This document shows, one piece after another, positions 1 through 11,767 of a stretch of DNA of 64,000 bases. The DNA comes from Porphyridium purpureum (lineage: Eukaryota), in assembly GCA_008690995.1 (NCBI GenBank), contig VRMN01000001.1:310001-374000 (forward strand). The letters run 5' to 3'. Position numbers and translations under genes: made by a program. Position 1 is the first letter of the stretch, and every line of letters begins with the position of its first letter. The notes under the pieces are model-generated. The model had not been told where the DNA came from, made no database searches, and worked only from the letters and a program-made list of their open reading frames with translations.

Positions 1-960
1 GTAAGTATGCCCCGTGTCCAGGCTTTCTGTTAGCACGCCGCTTTACTGCCAATGCTGTATCGACATGCGCTGCGCGTACTACCACTGGGTGTGACCTCAA
101 TCAACACAACACGCACGCACTTGTCCACGTACCCACCCACGCACACACCTATCAAACCAACAAACCCGCTTCTCGTGTTGGCAGTGATGACAAGGAGGGG
201 CGGAGTGGACGCCCACGTCTGCCATCAATGCCCGTTTCCGATGCCCATTCCATGAGCGCCGTCACGCCCTACGTTCAGATTCTCGCCCGGCCGGCGGACT
301 GGGCTTGTGAACCGCGCACGATTGCAAGAACCTCCATCTTGGTTCCACGTCTTGTGGAACTGCAGGCATCCGCGCTGGCACAAATGTAACACAGACTCAC
401 AGATGCGTGTGCCACAAACGGTCGCGCCGCTTGCTGGATTTAGAGAAAATGCGTCTCCCTGAGAAGCAAGTCACCCGGAATTCTCGCGTAAAGGTCATCT
501 TGCTTTTGCACCTCGCGATGTTCTCAATAACGCTCGGTTGCTCCAGCGAAAGGCGTCGTCTTTGACCATGACACGACGACACGCTTGTCTGTTGCGCAAC
601 GGCATGGCGTTGGCGCACCACGTAAGCACGCATGCCTGGCGGCACCTTGAGTGGAATGCGCGAACTTTCCCCTGTCTCCCTTAGAAAAGCAGTCGGGCGG
701 GCGCCAAACGAACACCTTTGCGACTGGCTGCTGCGAAATGGTTCGCATAAATACGGAACGGGAGTCTGTGAGTCATGGCGTATACAGTCCGCTTTGCGCG
801 GACGCAAGCGGTGCGGCTTTTGGATGTCGCAACTGCCGGACAGACCTTGCTTTACAAGTTGGACGCCACGTGCCGCGCCCGCTTGGTTTGGGACTCGTTT
901 TGAGTGAAAGTAAGCACGGCTGCACTGGCAAGCACGGCGTGCAGAAGAACGGAACTGGCA

Positions 961-2172
961 ATGGAGGACGACTCGGGGCCATTCCCGCTGGATATGGTGT
1001 TGCTAAGGAGTTTGAACGCCGCCGCGCAAGACGGCGACCCAGTCGCGCTGCGGAGTCTGCTGGACAGCGAGGATGGGGTGATGTACGTGGACGAGCCGTG
1101 CTCAGAAACGGGGCTTGCTCTGCTCATGCTGGCTGCAGGCAATGGACACGTCGCTTGCATGCGCATGCTGCTGGTCGATTACGCATGTGAAGTAGACCTC
1201 GTCAATGTGAAGAACGGCTTCACGGCGTTGCACTATGCACTGCAAGGCTGCCATTTCGACGCTGCGCGCGTCTTGCTTGAATGGGGTGCATCGCCAGATC
1301 AGTTCACACACGAAGGACAAAATGGGCTCATGGTCAGTGCAGAGAACGGAGACGAGGCGTGCGTTCGCTTGTTGCTCGAGTGCGGAGCGAATTCTGATGG
1401 CGCCAACGCAGATAATGTCACGCCGCTGATGGCGGCTGTGCGAGGAGGCAGTGAGCCTTGCGTGCGCTTATTGCTAGAATACGGCGCAGACGTGCATGCT
1501 CGGGATTCTGATGAGTACACAGCGCTGATGATAGCCGTGGCATACGGCGCGATTGAGTGCATGGGCACTCTGATTCAATTTGGCGCAAACGTGGACGCAG
1601 TGTCCGACAAGGGCGAATCCTTGTTGTTGATTGCGGCTCGTTGCCTGGAGGAGGACATTGTCTGCATGCTCGTCAACCGGCGGGATACTGACACAAACGC
1701 TAAGGACTTCAAGGGACGCACGGCGTTGCATGCGCTGGCGCGCGTCGGGTTCGTGACCTCGAATGCACTAGACGACCCAGCGCAGTACCTCAACATTGCA
1801 CAATGGCTGCTCCGTGCTGGCATCGCTGTGGATAGTACAGACATACAGGATCGCACACCGCTGGAAACCGTGGTGCATGCTCCCTTATTGTACGCGGCGC
1901 ATCGGGACGTTTTCGAGTTTCTGCTTCGTCTGGGCGCAAACCCCAACAGGAACGCTAGTGACCATCGGAAACAAACGGCACTTATGACGCTGCTGGCTGG
2001 TTGCTCAGAGTCCAGCACCAGCAACAGCAGGACCACGAGCCCTGGACGGATGCATTTCGACCCTGAGCACACCTTGGTCCTATTTGCAGGACGGCTGAGC
2101 CGCCAGCATCAGACCCGACTAATCTTGGAGTACCCGTACACCTTTTCTCCTAGTAATTTGCCACATGTTTAG
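961..2172 (+). CDS. Ankyrin-repeat protein
   Basis: Many ANK consensus repeats (GFTALHYA, NVTPLMAAV, EYTALMIAV, GRTALHALA, LLxxGAxvn). First ATG in the ORF is at 961. The C-terminus looks non-homologous, so an intron or different 3' end is possible. Confidence 0.85.
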   Translation: MEDDSGPFPLDMVLLRSLNAAAQDGDPVALRSLLDSEDGVMYVDEPCSETGLALLMLAAGNGHVACMRMLLVDYACEVDLVNVKNGFTALHYALQGCHFDAARVLLEWGASPDQFTHEGQNGLMVSAENGDEACVRLLLECGANSDGANADNVTPLMAAVRGGSEPCVRLLLEYGADVHARDSDEYTALMIAVAYGAIECMGTLIQFGANVDAVSDKGESLLLIAARCLEEDIVCMLVNRRDTDTNAKDFKGRTALHALARVGFVTSNALDDPAQYLNIAQWLLRAGIAVDSTDIQDRTPLETVVHAPLLYAAHRDVFEFLLRLGANPNRNASDHRKQTALMTLLAGCSESSTSNSRTTSPGRMHFDPEHTLVLFAGRLSRQHQTRLILEYPYTFSPSNLPHV

Positions 2173-2724
2173 CCGTCGTCGTCACGGGTGGGCGGCTAGC
2201 GTTCAGTCGACGCATTGTAAGACGGAACAGAGCGGCGTGGCGCGGCCCGCGTTTGCCTTAGTTGGCGATCCGTGTGGACCAACGTGCGCGCGCGCGCGCG
2301 CGAGATACTCACAGGGCCCCAAGGTACGTTCCGTGGCTCGGAGCCGGTCAGCTTTTTTGACATTTCATTTTCCCGCTTCCAGGAAGGCGAGGCGACGATG
2401 AGCACATCGAATGATTTAAACCCAGCTCTCGGAATCTAGACATGTCGATTTTCGTTTGCAACAACTTGCTGAGCCTCGTCTGGAAGCGCACGCTCGTGTG
2501 CGGCACTCATCATCTAAGGGATCTGTAAACCTTGGAAGCTCGGGGAGAGGAGGCTAACCTGTTGATCTGCGGCAGCGCCCGATTTTTTGCGATTTAACGA
2601 TTGCGCTCATGGCGCAAGAAGCGTTGTCGACCCTTTATCCATGTATTCTTGACCTTTTGTCTTGTATTTTTTGTTTTACTGGCTAGGCGGCAACCCACCG
2701 CAGAAAGCTGCACCAACATAACCA

Positions 2725-3414
2725 CTAAATCAAATGATTGCTGAGAAGAAAGATCAAAAGTAGCACCGCCATGGCTCCGCCGCCGATGGAAGCCAGCTGC
2801 AATGATCGCAGGACGGTGTCTTCGCTCGTGACAGGTTGCTCGTCGTCAACGGGCTCGGTCAGCAGACCTTGGTAGTATCCGAGCGAACCATGCTCGTGCT
2901 TCTTGTTGCCGAACCTGAGCTGGTTCATGTTGACAAATAACAGAAAGACACGGCTCTGGTTTTCAGAGACGGCCGTGCCCACCGCGAGAGAGCCCTCTCG
3001 ATTCACAGTCTGCATCGAGACGGTGCCCATCGACTCTGGCTTCACTTCGGAGCTCGTGTATGCGAGACGCCACCCATTTTCTGGTGTGACAAGAGCATCC
3101 ATTTCCTCACGGCTATCACTGGGCGCCGCCTGGGCTTGCTCGCAAACAACCGCGCACGCCTGTGCCAGCGCCGCGGGCTCAGCCTGTCCCGCGCTTGCTC
3201 CATTTTCAAGCACCTCCCAAGCTCGCAGACGCTTTGCGTCCATGGCATATTTGGCTTCTTCGCGGGTACCTGCATCGGTACGAATCGCCTCTCCCTCCAT
3301 GCGGAGCACCCGCGGTCTCCGCAAGCTCGTGGCCACACGAACATGTCCCGAGCCGCACTGCCGCCCACGTGCGCTCGTAATCGCCCCGACTATCGGCGTG
3401 ACAAAGGCCGTCAT
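2725..3414 (-). CDS. Probable plastid-targeted protein with a C-terminal TM helix, function unknown
   Basis: MTAFVTP... start followed by an R/S/A-rich transit-peptide-like segment. A GWRLAYTS motif is weakly fibrillin/lipocalin-like. Hydrophobic C-terminus. Confidence 0.6.
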   Translation of the reverse strand: MTAFVTPIVGAITSARGRQCGSGHVRVATSLRRPRVLRMEGEAIRTDAGTREEAKYAMDAKRLRAWEVLENGASAGQAEPAALAQACAVVCEQAQAAPSDSREEMDALVTPENGWRLAYTSSEVKPESMGTVSMQTVNREGSLAVGTAVSENQSRVFLLFVNMNQLRFGNKKHEHGSLGYYQGLLTEPVDDEQPVTSEDTVLRSLQLASIGGGAMAVLLLIFLLSNHLI

Positions 3415-3540
3415 GGTGAATCCTAGCTCTGTGGATTCGAAACCTCTCTCGCACATTCCCATGGGAGCTCAACGTCCAACGAATACCTCGCTCACCTTGG
3501 CATACGTTGGAAGCAATGGACAAGGAGCTCAGGAGGAATC

Positions 3541-4317
3541 ATGAGCGACGCGTATTATCTGGAGGTCAGCGAGCTGACCAAGGTTCTTCCGGATGGCCGC
3601 ATCCTGCTGGATCATGTAAGTTTTCGCTTCCCTGAGCAGGACGCGCGCCATCAGGAGGGCGAAGGCGCGCACCCGAAGATTCTGTTCGTAACCGGTCCGT
3701 CAGGAACGGGCAAGTCGACGTTGCTGCGGTCAATTGCGGCGTTGGACGCGACTGCAAAGGGTCACCTGCGGTTGAGCAGGGACGCAGCGAGTCAGGCGTC
3801 TACCGAGACGTCGTCGTTGCTCGAAGTGTATCTCGACGAGAGAAAGACCCACGTCAATGTTGGTTCTGGCACCACCGGCTGGCGCAGTGAGGTGCTGTAC
3901 ATGCCCCAGTCGCGCATTGACGTGACAGGCTCGCCACTAGACTTATTCGAAACCGTCAAGACGTTCCGCGCGCAGGAGAATCGCGTACATGCCATGAAGG
4001 ACCCCGTAGAGATCAGCGAGCAGCTGGGACTAAATGAAGAGTTGATGCGGACACCATGGAAGAGATTGAGCGGAGGCGAGGCGCAGCGTGCCGCCTTGGC
4101 GTTGGGGTTGGCTACAGCTCCGTCGGTGCTGCTGCTGGATGAGCCCACGGCTTCGCTCGACCCGGTCGCTGCCAAATGGGTCGAACACTGCGTGCGCAGC
4201 TCGTCGGTCAAACTAGTGGTGTGGGTGTCTCACGACCCGGCGCAGCGGGAGCGCGTCGGGGGTATGGAACTGGATCTGCACAAGCTGCAGCAGCAAGGAC
4301 AACAACAGGACACATGA
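3541..4317 (+). CDS. Stand-alone ABC ATPase subunit (bacterial-type, FetA/YbbL or plant STAR1/ABCI17-like)
   Basis: Walker A GPSGTGKS, signature LSGGE, Walker B LLLDEPT, H-loop VSHD. No TM domain. Confidence 0.85.
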   Translation: MSDAYYLEVSELTKVLPDGRILLDHVSFRFPEQDARHQEGEGAHPKILFVTGPSGTGKSTLLRSIAALDATAKGHLRLSRDAASQASTETSSLLEVYLDERKTHVNVGSGTTGWRSEVLYMPQSRIDVTGSPLDLFETVKTFRAQENRVHAMKDPVEISEQLGLNEELMRTPWKRLSGGEAQRAALALGLATAPSVLLLDEPTASLDPVAAKWVEHCVRSSSVKLVVWVSHDPAQRERVGGMELDLHKLQQQGQQQDT

Positions 4318-4376
4318 TTTTAGTCTCTACCTCTACGTCTATTTTCTATTCTAAGAATTATTTCCAAGATACTTTC

Positions 4377-5411
4377 TCACGCGAGCTCGCCACAGGGAAA
4401 TCCCAGACGGGCCCTCACATCCACCTGGTACTCAAAAATATGCGCGTCAGATCCAACATACAGATGCCGCGCATCCGGCGAAAAGCCAAAGCCCGAAATG
4501 TTGGTTTCGCGGGCGCTGCCTGTGAGGCTGATCGTTTGCTGCGCGGAAAAATCGCCGCGCGTATCAACAATGTTCATGTGGCGCACGTGCTCTGAGAATG
4601 CGAGGAGGTCGAGCTCACCAAAAGGCGCCCACTTGACGCATCGGCATGCGCCCTGCTTACTGTACAATGTCGCGAGCGGTCTCCACGTCCTCACATCAAA
4701 CACCATGACGCAACCCTCTTGCGACGCAATGGCAAGCTTGTCGCTGTTCGCGCTCCAGCTGATTTTCATGCCCGAATCCGAAAAGTAGGGCAAGTTGGTC
4801 ACGAGCTTGTACTCGCCCGCCGCGGACACCGCATACACGTCCGCACTGAAGGAGTCGCCCGTGACGCACAACCACCGTCCGTCCGGCGACACGCAGGCGT
4901 TGTTGACGGGTGTGCCCGCCTGGATGGTCTCGACGAGTCGAAGGGTGTTTTCACGCAGCGCGTACACTTTGATGGTCTCATCATTGTTCGCGACGAGCAG
5001 CCGCGTTTCGCCGCCGTGCGTGGATATGTGCACCGCATTGTTCACGAGGCCGCCCACGTTTTCATTGAACAGCACGGCACCCGTACTCACGTCCGTGACT
5101 TTCAGCTCGGAGCACTGCCCGCCCGCGGCGAGAACCGTGCCGTCAATTGCCATGCACGTGGGCAAGAAGGAGTAATTCTCCACCACGGCGCTGCTTCGAT
5201 TCGGCGCTCTTGGCGTCAAGCGCCGCACCGTCGAGTCCTGTACAAAGTAAACATGGCCCGTGTTGGGGCTGACAGTGAGCAAATCCCTCAGCTGCCAATG
5301 CTGTATCGAGGAGCGCTGCGCATACAAGCGCGGCGCGTCCTCATTCACCACCACGCGGCTGCCACCCATATGCGCACCTCCGCCCGCTCTGCCCACATTA
5401 CTGCGCGTCAT
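4377..5411 (-). CDS. WD40-repeat protein (DUF2415-like family)
   Basis: N-terminal IQHWQLRDLL motif, beta-propeller repeats, LAFSEH and ISGFGFSPD motifs. The upstream part of the 631-aa ORF is low-complexity promoter sequence, so the start was moved to ATG 5411. Confidence 0.8.
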   Translation of the reverse strand: MTRSNVGRAGGGAHMGGSRVVVNEDAPRLYAQRSSIQHWQLRDLLTVSPNTGHVYFVQDSTVRRLTPRAPNRSSAVVENYSFLPTCMAIDGTVLAAGGQCSELKVTDVSTGAVLFNENVGGLVNNAVHISTHGGETRLLVANNDETIKVYALRENTLRLVETIQAGTPVNNACVSPDGRWLCVTGDSFSADVYAVSAAGEYKLVTNLPYFSDSGMKISWSANSDKLAIASQEGCVMVFDVRTWRPLATLYSKQGACRCVKWAPFGELDLLAFSEHVRHMNIVDTRGDFSAQQTISLTGSARETNISGFGFSPDARHLYVGSDAHIFEYQVDVRARLGFPCGELA

Positions 5412-5707
5412 CCCTGCCACGCCAACCGCCACCGCTCGTGCACGAAGCCACCACTGCCACGCCAACGCACACCGGACACAGTCTTCACGGAGCAGCCGTC
5501 TGTCTGCCAACCACCTCCGGCCGGCGCTCCTCACATACTCCTCCCTCTCTCCACGCACGCGCTGCCTGTCTGTCGAGTTTCCCCTCCGCACTCGCGCGAC
5601 ACACACACACACACACGCGCGCGCCTCGCCGTCCTCCACGCCGCTTCCAGATTCAAAACCACTGTACACATAGTACAGCTGGCATAAATGTAAATTACGC
5701 GCATCGC

Positions 5708-5760
5708 GTACAGTGTGTACAGTGTGTACAGTGTGTACAGTGTGTACAGTTTGTACAGTG
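5708..5760. repeat. Tandem 9-bp repeat (GTACAGTGT) x6 in the divergent WD40/GCL promoter
   Basis: Direct reading: four GTACAGTGT, one GTACAGTTT, one partial copy. Confidence 0.95.
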
Positions 5761-5909
5761 ATCGCGCGCAACGGAGCGTGCGGGTGGCGCGGGGGGAGAA
5801 AGAGCCGCGAGGGAGAAAGTGCTTGTAGGTGCGCGAGGGGTGAGGGGAGAGGGTGGGTGGGTGGGTGGGTGGGTGGGCTGGGGAGAGACAGGGCGGAGCG
5901 GGGGACGGC

Positions 5910-8183
5910 ATGGGCTTTCTGACGGAGGGCACGCCGCTGGGCTGGGAAGCCGCGGCGCAGTTCCGCGCAAAGGTGCGGCGAGACGGCGTCGAGCAGTTTC
6001 TGGCCGCGTACAAGTCCGGCTTGGGCCGCGTCGATCAGGTGCTGAGATGGGGCGACGAGGTCGAGTATATGGTGCTCAGGAGGGTGCCGGCGCCTCTGGC
6101 GCAGCAGGACGTGGTCGCAGCGAATGGGCCAGCGCGCGATGAACCAGGCGCGGTGAACGGTCTGCCGCCGATGCAGCGCGCCGGCGACGGTGCCCAGGCG
6201 CCGCGTGAGTTCGTCTTGTCGCTCCGCGCGCCAGAGCTCATCGAGATTTTGCAGCGCGACGAGCATTCGCATCCGGAAGGCGGTACCGTGGACGTGCTTT
6301 GGCGACCAGAGTACGCAAACTGGATGATCGAGGGAACGCCGGGCGTCCCGTATCGCACCACGGCTGAGGACTTGTGCGTGGTCGAACGGAACATGGCTCT
6401 GCGGCGCCTCGAGGTGCAGAACATTCTTCAGCCAGATGAAATCGTCATCTCCCTTCCGGCGTTTCCCAGGCTTGGTTGCGGGCAGTTTACGAGCCCGCCG
6501 ACCTACCCGCTCGGGCCGGTCGCCCAGAGCCTCTTTGTCTCAGACGACGTCATCAACCCGCATCCTCGCTTTGCCACTCTCACCCGGAACATCCGACTGC
6601 GGCGAGGGAGCAAAGTGGATATCCGAGTTCCACTTTTTCAGGACGAACGAACGCCAGCGGCGATTCCGGTCATTACCGAACCGATACCCCAGTGGCCGGG
6701 GCCGGAACGAAGCTCAACCGCTTCGAACGATGAGCGCGAGCAATTGCAGAACCTGCGCGAGCGGGCACAACATGCAGAAACGGACGATTTGTACCTGGAT
6801 TGTATGGCTTTTGGGATGGGAGCGTGTTGCTTGCAGGTGACGCTGCAAACGCGTGACGTCAAAGAAAGCCGGATGTTGTACGACCAGCTCGCTGTGTTGG
6901 CTCCGATTTTTATGGCCCTGAGCGCAGCCACACCGATTCAGCGCGGTATGCTGCTCGACACGGATGTCCGGTGGAACGTTATTGCGGCATCCGTGGATGA
7001 TCGTACGCCCGAAGAAAGAGATGGATTGATCGCCAAGTCACGGTACGATTCGATCAGCTGCTTCATCGGCAACTACGAAGAATCGGACGGTATTGACACT
7101 CGAGCGTACAATGATCTGGAGCTGGAAATCAACGATGAAGCGTACAAGAAGCTCCGAAGCGAAGGTGTGGATGAGTTGCTCGCCAGGCATGTGGCTCATC
7201 TGTTTATCCGCGATCCATTGGTAATCTTTGACAACCGGATTGACGTGAACAATGCTGCGGATATGGATCACTTTGAAAATATTCAGAGCACCAATTGGAA
7301 TACAGTGAGGTTCAAACCACCGGCCGTAGGTTCAGACATCGGCTGGCGCGTAGAATTCCGTTCTATGGACATTCAACTCACGGACTTTGAAAATGCTGCT
7401 CTGGCTGTGTTCACCGTGCTGACTTCACGCGTCATTCTCGCGTATCGTCTGAATCTTTACGTTCCCATGAGCAAAGTGGACGCAAATATGGCCATCGCCC
7501 ATGAACGCGACGCCCTGAGAAACCAGCGCTTCTTTTTCCGTCGAAACATTTTCCATCATGCTTCGGTACAACCGCCTCAGAGCTTTCTGTGTTCGTGTGG
7601 CTCAGAGCACGGCCCTGTGTTTGATTGGGGCCGAGAATTCAGTTGCCCGGACTGTGACCCAAGCGATCCCGAGTTCTGCGGCTTGTTGTCGATGGACGAA
7701 ATCGTGAACGGCAAGTTGGTTGAGAATGGCTTCTCGTTCCCAGGCCTGATCCCGTTGATTAAGGGATACTTGGAAGCTCTCGAAGTCAAGCCAGAGACCC
7801 GCGCGAAAATTTACGAGTATCTTGACTTTATTTCAGCGCGAGCGTCCGGCCGGCTATTAACTCTGGCGTCTTATATTCGTGAGGTGGTCACAAATCACCC
7901 CGCGTACAAGCAGGATTCTGTTGTGAGCCAGGAGATATGTACAGATCTTCTCGAGCATCTGATTGCAATTGAACGAGGTGCATGCGCAGCGCCACGATTC
8001 CTGGGTTCTTTTGGAAGAGTCGAAAGGGATCAGTCTGCACGTCCAAATGATGAATTGAAGGCGGAGGCTCGCGAGGAGCGCTCGACGGATGATGATGGTG
8101 TAGTCCTCCCAGGGCAGAGCCTTTCGCGGAGCACGCTGGAACGTTCATTCCAGCTTTTTGCCAAGAATGTTCCCCATTTATAG
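5910..8183 (+). CDS. GCLC: Glutamate-cysteine ligase catalytic subunit (animal/fungal type)
   Basis: Hallmark motifs MGFLTEGTPL, WGDEVEY, WRPEYANWMIEGTPG, INPHPRF, CMAFGMGACCLQVT, KSRYDS, HFENIQSTNW, GWRVEFR. Confidence 0.96.
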   Translation: MGFLTEGTPLGWEAAAQFRAKVRRDGVEQFLAAYKSGLGRVDQVLRWGDEVEYMVLRRVPAPLAQQDVVAANGPARDEPGAVNGLPPMQRAGDGAQAPREFVLSLRAPELIEILQRDEHSHPEGGTVDVLWRPEYANWMIEGTPGVPYRTTAEDLCVVERNMALRRLEVQNILQPDEIVISLPAFPRLGCGQFTSPPTYPLGPVAQSLFVSDDVINPHPRFATLTRNIRLRRGSKVDIRVPLFQDERTPAAIPVITEPIPQWPGPERSSTASNDEREQLQNLRERAQHAETDDLYLDCMAFGMGACCLQVTLQTRDVKESRMLYDQLAVLAPIFMALSAATPIQRGMLLDTDVRWNVIAASVDDRTPEERDGLIAKSRYDSISCFIGNYEESDGIDTRAYNDLELEINDEAYKKLRSEGVDELLARHVAHLFIRDPLVIFDNRIDVNNAADMDHFENIQSTNWNTVRFKPPAVGSDIGWRVEFRSMDIQLTDFENAALAVFTVLTSRVILAYRLNLYVPMSKVDANMAIAHERDALRNQRFFFRRNIFHHASVQPPQSFLCSCGSEHGPVFDWGREFSCPDCDPSDPEFCGLLSMDEIVNGKLVENGFSFPGLIPLIKGYLEALEVKPETRAKIYEYLDFISARASGRLLTLASYIREVVTNHPAYKQDSVVSQEICTDLLEHLIAIERGACAAPRFLGSFGRVERDQSARPNDELKAEAREERSTDDDGVVLPGQSLSRSTLERSFQLFAKNVPHL

Positions 8184-8742
8184 CAGCACGCCAAGTGTGC
8201 ATCCGGCAGAAGGGTTTCGGAGGGAGATGAAAATTTCACTCGAAACTCATGCGAGCACGGAAATGCACTCCTGCCAAAAATACACGCACTTGCCATACCA
8301 AGCGCTGAATCTTGGAATAGTTGGCTTGAACTACTGAAGCTGAACTTTTTGAGTTCGATGTCAGACGAGTTGCGCGAAAGAAGGCAGGGACGGTCGCCAA
8401 AGCAAAAGTGGATCTTGCTCCGGAATGCAGACTCAAACGGCTAGAAAGTCAGCGAAGTTAAAGTTTGAGCTGCTTGACTCGGCTTTGTCCTCCGGCAAAT
8501 GCCAACTGCCTGCGTCGAGATGGATTAAACGGGGTCCAGGATCAGACACCAAGGACGGGTACTAGCTGCAGCAGGTTCAAGAGTTGGCGTTTGTCACGAG
8601 TATAAGGATCTTTAGTGAGAGGGACTGAGTTGAATGGGTTGAAACGGATAGTCGGGCACGAAAGACGCTTGTTGCAAGTTCGTACCTAGAGTCTTTCGGA
8701 CGTATCAATACAACAATTTATTCACATACAATGCAAGGACGT

Positions 8743-11526
8743 CTAGTCACTCATTTCCGAGTCACCTTGAAGCGAATCAGATTCCTCAGGTTCCGTCACT
8801 GTAACAGTGCACGGGCTGCTGCCTTTCTCGTGAGAGTGCAGGGTAACAAAGCTAATACCTCCCTCCGAAGCAGGGTCTGCAACTATCTGAAGAGCACTGT
8901 CGTTGCGAAGCTGGCCTGAGAGCAGTGCTCGTGAGAGCTTGGTCACCAGCTCGTGCTCAATGAAGCGCTTGATGGGCCTGGCACCATAAACAGGATCGTA
9001 CGACTGCTTGAGGATCACATCTGCAGCTTCGGTCGTTGCGCTCAGTGTAATGTTGCGATCTTGCAGCCTCTTCTCGAGAAGCGAAAGCTGCAGGCTCACG
9101 ATCCGGTGCAGATTTTCCCAGCTCAGTTGATTGAAGACGACGACATCGTCCAGACGATTGAGCAATTCGGGGCGAAACTCGCTCTTGAGGTCTCGCATCA
9201 CTAGGGCTCGTTGAGTCGCTGCGACGCGTGCACGGTCCGCGACACTGTCTACTGGCAAAGATGTCAAATGGCGCGAGCCAATGTTGCTGGTCATAATTAC
9301 CAGCGTGTTGCTAAAGTCCACGGTGCGACCTTGCGAGTCAGTCAGTCGACCTTCGTCCAGCAGTTGCAAGAGGATGTTCAGTACCTGACGATGCGCCTTT
9401 TCAACTTCGTCTAAAAGCACCACGACGTATGGGCGGCGCCGCACAGCTTCAGTCAGCTGACCACCTTCATCGAATCCAATATAGCCTGGCGGCGCACCGA
9501 TGAGACGGCTCACGGAATGCGCCTCCATCAACTCGGAGCAATCAACGCGCACGATGTGCTTTTCGTCGTCAAACAGCTGTTCGGCTAGCGCCTTGGCCAA
9601 CTCCGTCTTACCTGACCCGCTTCCTCCAAGGAACAAGAAACTGCCGAGGGGCTGATTCACACGCGCCATCCCTGAACGACTGCGCAGTACGGCGTCCGCG
9701 ACAGCCTTGCAGCCTTCGTCTTGACCGACGACGCGTATTTTCAGCCGCTGCTCGAGTGCGAGGATCTTCTGCGCGTCTGTTTCCGTCAACTTCTGCACAG
9801 GAATGCCGGTCCATCGCGAAAGCACTTCGCCAATTTGATCAGGTCCGACAGTGTCGTTCAAAAGCCTGTCAGATTCCGCGTTTCTTGCCTCAGCCTGGTC
9901 TTGCTGCTTCTTTGCATCATCGCTTTCCTGCTTCTTCTGCTTGATCTTTTCAGCTAATTCCGGGATAGCGTAGTACTTCAGATCAGCAGCTAATGCGGTG
10001 TCACGATTTCTCTCTGCCTCGGCCAACTTGTTGCGCAGCGTTTCCATTCTGGACATGAGTTCCTTGAGTTCATTCACAGCTCCCAGTTCCTGTTGCATGC
10101 GCGCACGTAAAGGAGTTAGTTGCTCTTCTGTGTTCGCCAACTCAACTTGAAGAGTCTGCCTGCGCGCTTTGCTCAAGTCATCCTTTTCCTTCTCAAGTGC
10201 GGCTAACTCAATTTCAAGCGCCAGCTTCTTGTGTTCTAATTCATCAATCACGTCCGGTTGACTATCCAGCTGCACTCGCACGTTTGCGCATGCCTCGTCC
10301 ACCAAGTCTATGGCCTTGTCCGGGAGAAATCGGTTTGTAATATAACGCTTTGACAACTGCGCGGCCGCAATCAACGAAGAATCGCGAATGCGTACACCGT
10401 GATGAGTTTCGTATCTCTCCTTGAGGCCGCGCAGAATGCTGACGGTGTCCGCAACACTAGGCTCGCCGATGTAAACAGGCTGGAACCTTCGCTCAAATGC
10501 GGCATCCTTCTCGACGTGTTTGCGGTATTCTTCGAGCGTTGTTGCGCCGATGCAACGCAGTTCACCACGCGCCAACATGGGCTTCAGCAGATTTGCTGCG
10601 TCCATGCTGCCCTCGGCTTTCCCTGCGCCCATGAGTAAGTGAAGTTCGTCAATGAACAAAATGACGCTGTCCCTGGCTGAGCCAACTTCAGAGAGAACCG
10701 ACTTGAGGCGTTCCTCGAACTCTCCCCTGTGTGACGTCCCGGCTACGAGCGCGCCCACGTCGAGACCAAACACGCGTGCCTGCAGAGAAGCCGGCACATC
10801 ACCGCGCACGATACGCTGTGCCAAACCCTCTGCAATGGCTGTTTTGCCCACGCCTGGTTCACCGATCAGCACAGGATTGTTCTTCCTCCTGCGCGCGAGC
10901 ACCCTAATAACCCTGCGAATCTCATCATCCCTTCCAATCACCGGGTCCAACTTTCCGGATTCGGCCAGTTCTGTCAGGTTGACGGCATACTTGTTGAGCG
11001 CGTCGAAGCCTTGCTCTGCGTTTCTACTTGTAATCTTCTTGCCTCCCCTGAGACGCTTGACAGCATCCTCAATGGATGCCGGCGTCGCGCCGCACGGCGC
11101 GACTAGATTCGCAAAGTCGCGGTTGCGACTCGATGGAAGCATTTGGGATGGCAGTCCCCACAGCGCCAGAATCAACGTGTCCACTGACACAAAATCGTCT
11201 CCGCTCGCTTGTCTCAGCTTCTCTGTGTTGTTCAAAGCACTCATGAGATGCGCAGAAATGGAAGGCATGGACGCCGCACTCATGTTACCGTGCGTGGCGC
11301 GCGACACAGGCAACTTGCTCAACGCGTCATCGACACACTCGATGAACCGCTGCACGTCTGCGCCAGCTTGCGCCAGCACCGAGCGCAACAGGCGGTCGTT
11401 GTCATTCACCAGCACGTGAGCCACATGCACACTCTGCACCTCCGCATGTCCGCGGTCAAACGCATACTCCACACTCCCTCGCAGCACCTTGCTGCACTTG
11501 TCCGTCAACTTATCCTCCTGAAACAT
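8743..11526 (-). CDS. HSP101: Cytosolic ClpB/Hsp101 disaggregase
   Basis: Clp N-domain, [14 protein letters not shown], Walker A GEPGVGKT, coiled-coil M-domain, second AAA module ([24 protein letters not shown]). No transit peptide. Confidence 0.96.
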   Translation of the reverse strand: MFQEDKLTDKCSKVLRGSVEYAFDRGHAEVQSVHVAHVLVNDNDRLLRSVLAQAGADVQRFIECVDDALSKLPVSRATHGNMSAASMPSISAHLMSALNNTEKLRQASGDDFVSVDTLILALWGLPSQMLPSSRNRDFANLVAPCGATPASIEDAVKRLRGGKKITSRNAEQGFDALNKYAVNLTELAESGKLDPVIGRDDEIRRVIRVLARRRKNNPVLIGEPGVGKTAIAEGLAQRIVRGDVPASLQARVFGLDVGALVAGTSHRGEFEERLKSVLSEVGSARDSVILFIDELHLLMGAGKAEGSMDAANLLKPMLARGELRCIGATTLEEYRKHVEKDAAFERRFQPVYIGEPSVADTVSILRGLKERYETHHGVRIRDSSLIAAAQLSKRYITNRFLPDKAIDLVDEACANVRVQLDSQPDVIDELEHKKLALEIELAALEKEKDDLSKARRQTLQVELANTEEQLTPLRARMQQELGAVNELKELMSRMETLRNKLAEAERNRDTALAADLKYYAIPELAEKIKQKKQESDDAKKQQDQAEARNAESDRLLNDTVGPDQIGEVLSRWTGIPVQKLTETDAQKILALEQRLKIRVVGQDEGCKAVADAVLRSRSGMARVNQPLGSFLFLGGSGSGKTELAKALAEQLFDDEKHIVRVDCSELMEAHSVSRLIGAPPGYIGFDEGGQLTEAVRRRPYVVVLLDEVEKAHRQVLNILLQLLDEGRLTDSQGRTVDFSNTLVIMTSNIGSRHLTSLPVDSVADRARVAATQRALVMRDLKSEFRPELLNRLDDVVVFNQLSWENLHRIVSLQLSLLEKRLQDRNITLSATTEAADVILKQSYDPVYGARPIKRFIEHELVTKLSRALLSGQLRNDSALQIVADPASEGGISFVTLHSHEKGSSPCTVTVTEPEESDSLQGDSEMSD

Positions 11527-11665
11527 ACTTACTATCTCTAGTTGCGCTTCTTCCCTCTCCCTTTCCCGTCTCTCAGAGTCTCACTCAAACACACTAACAC
11601 CACATGTATACTTTCCGCGTCCCGCGCAGCACTGTCTCTCCGGATACCTTCGTGCACCAGTCCCG

Positions 11666-11767
11666 TTTATATATTCCGGTACGCGCGCTCAGGTGGCGCG
11701 ATCCTGACACGCTGCCCCAATTCCGAAAGTTCTGGCGCCTTTTTCTAAGAGAATTCTGGAACCTTCT
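11666..11767 (-). promoter_or_regulatory. Hsp101 promoter: TATA box and heat-shock elements
   Basis: TATATAAA on the minus strand at 11673-11666. Three-unit HSE TTCtgGAAccTTC at 11754-11766 and GAAagTTC at 11725-11732. Confidence 0.8.

Noticed and set aside
1..900. Short ORFs and a possible GTAAGT intron donor at the window start
   Set aside because: No upstream context and no protein similarity; cannot be supported.
5412..6272. N-terminal 287 codons of the 631-aa minus-strand ORF
   Set aside because: Overlaps GCL antisense and translates promoter microsatellites (TVHTVH, CVCV); not credible protein.
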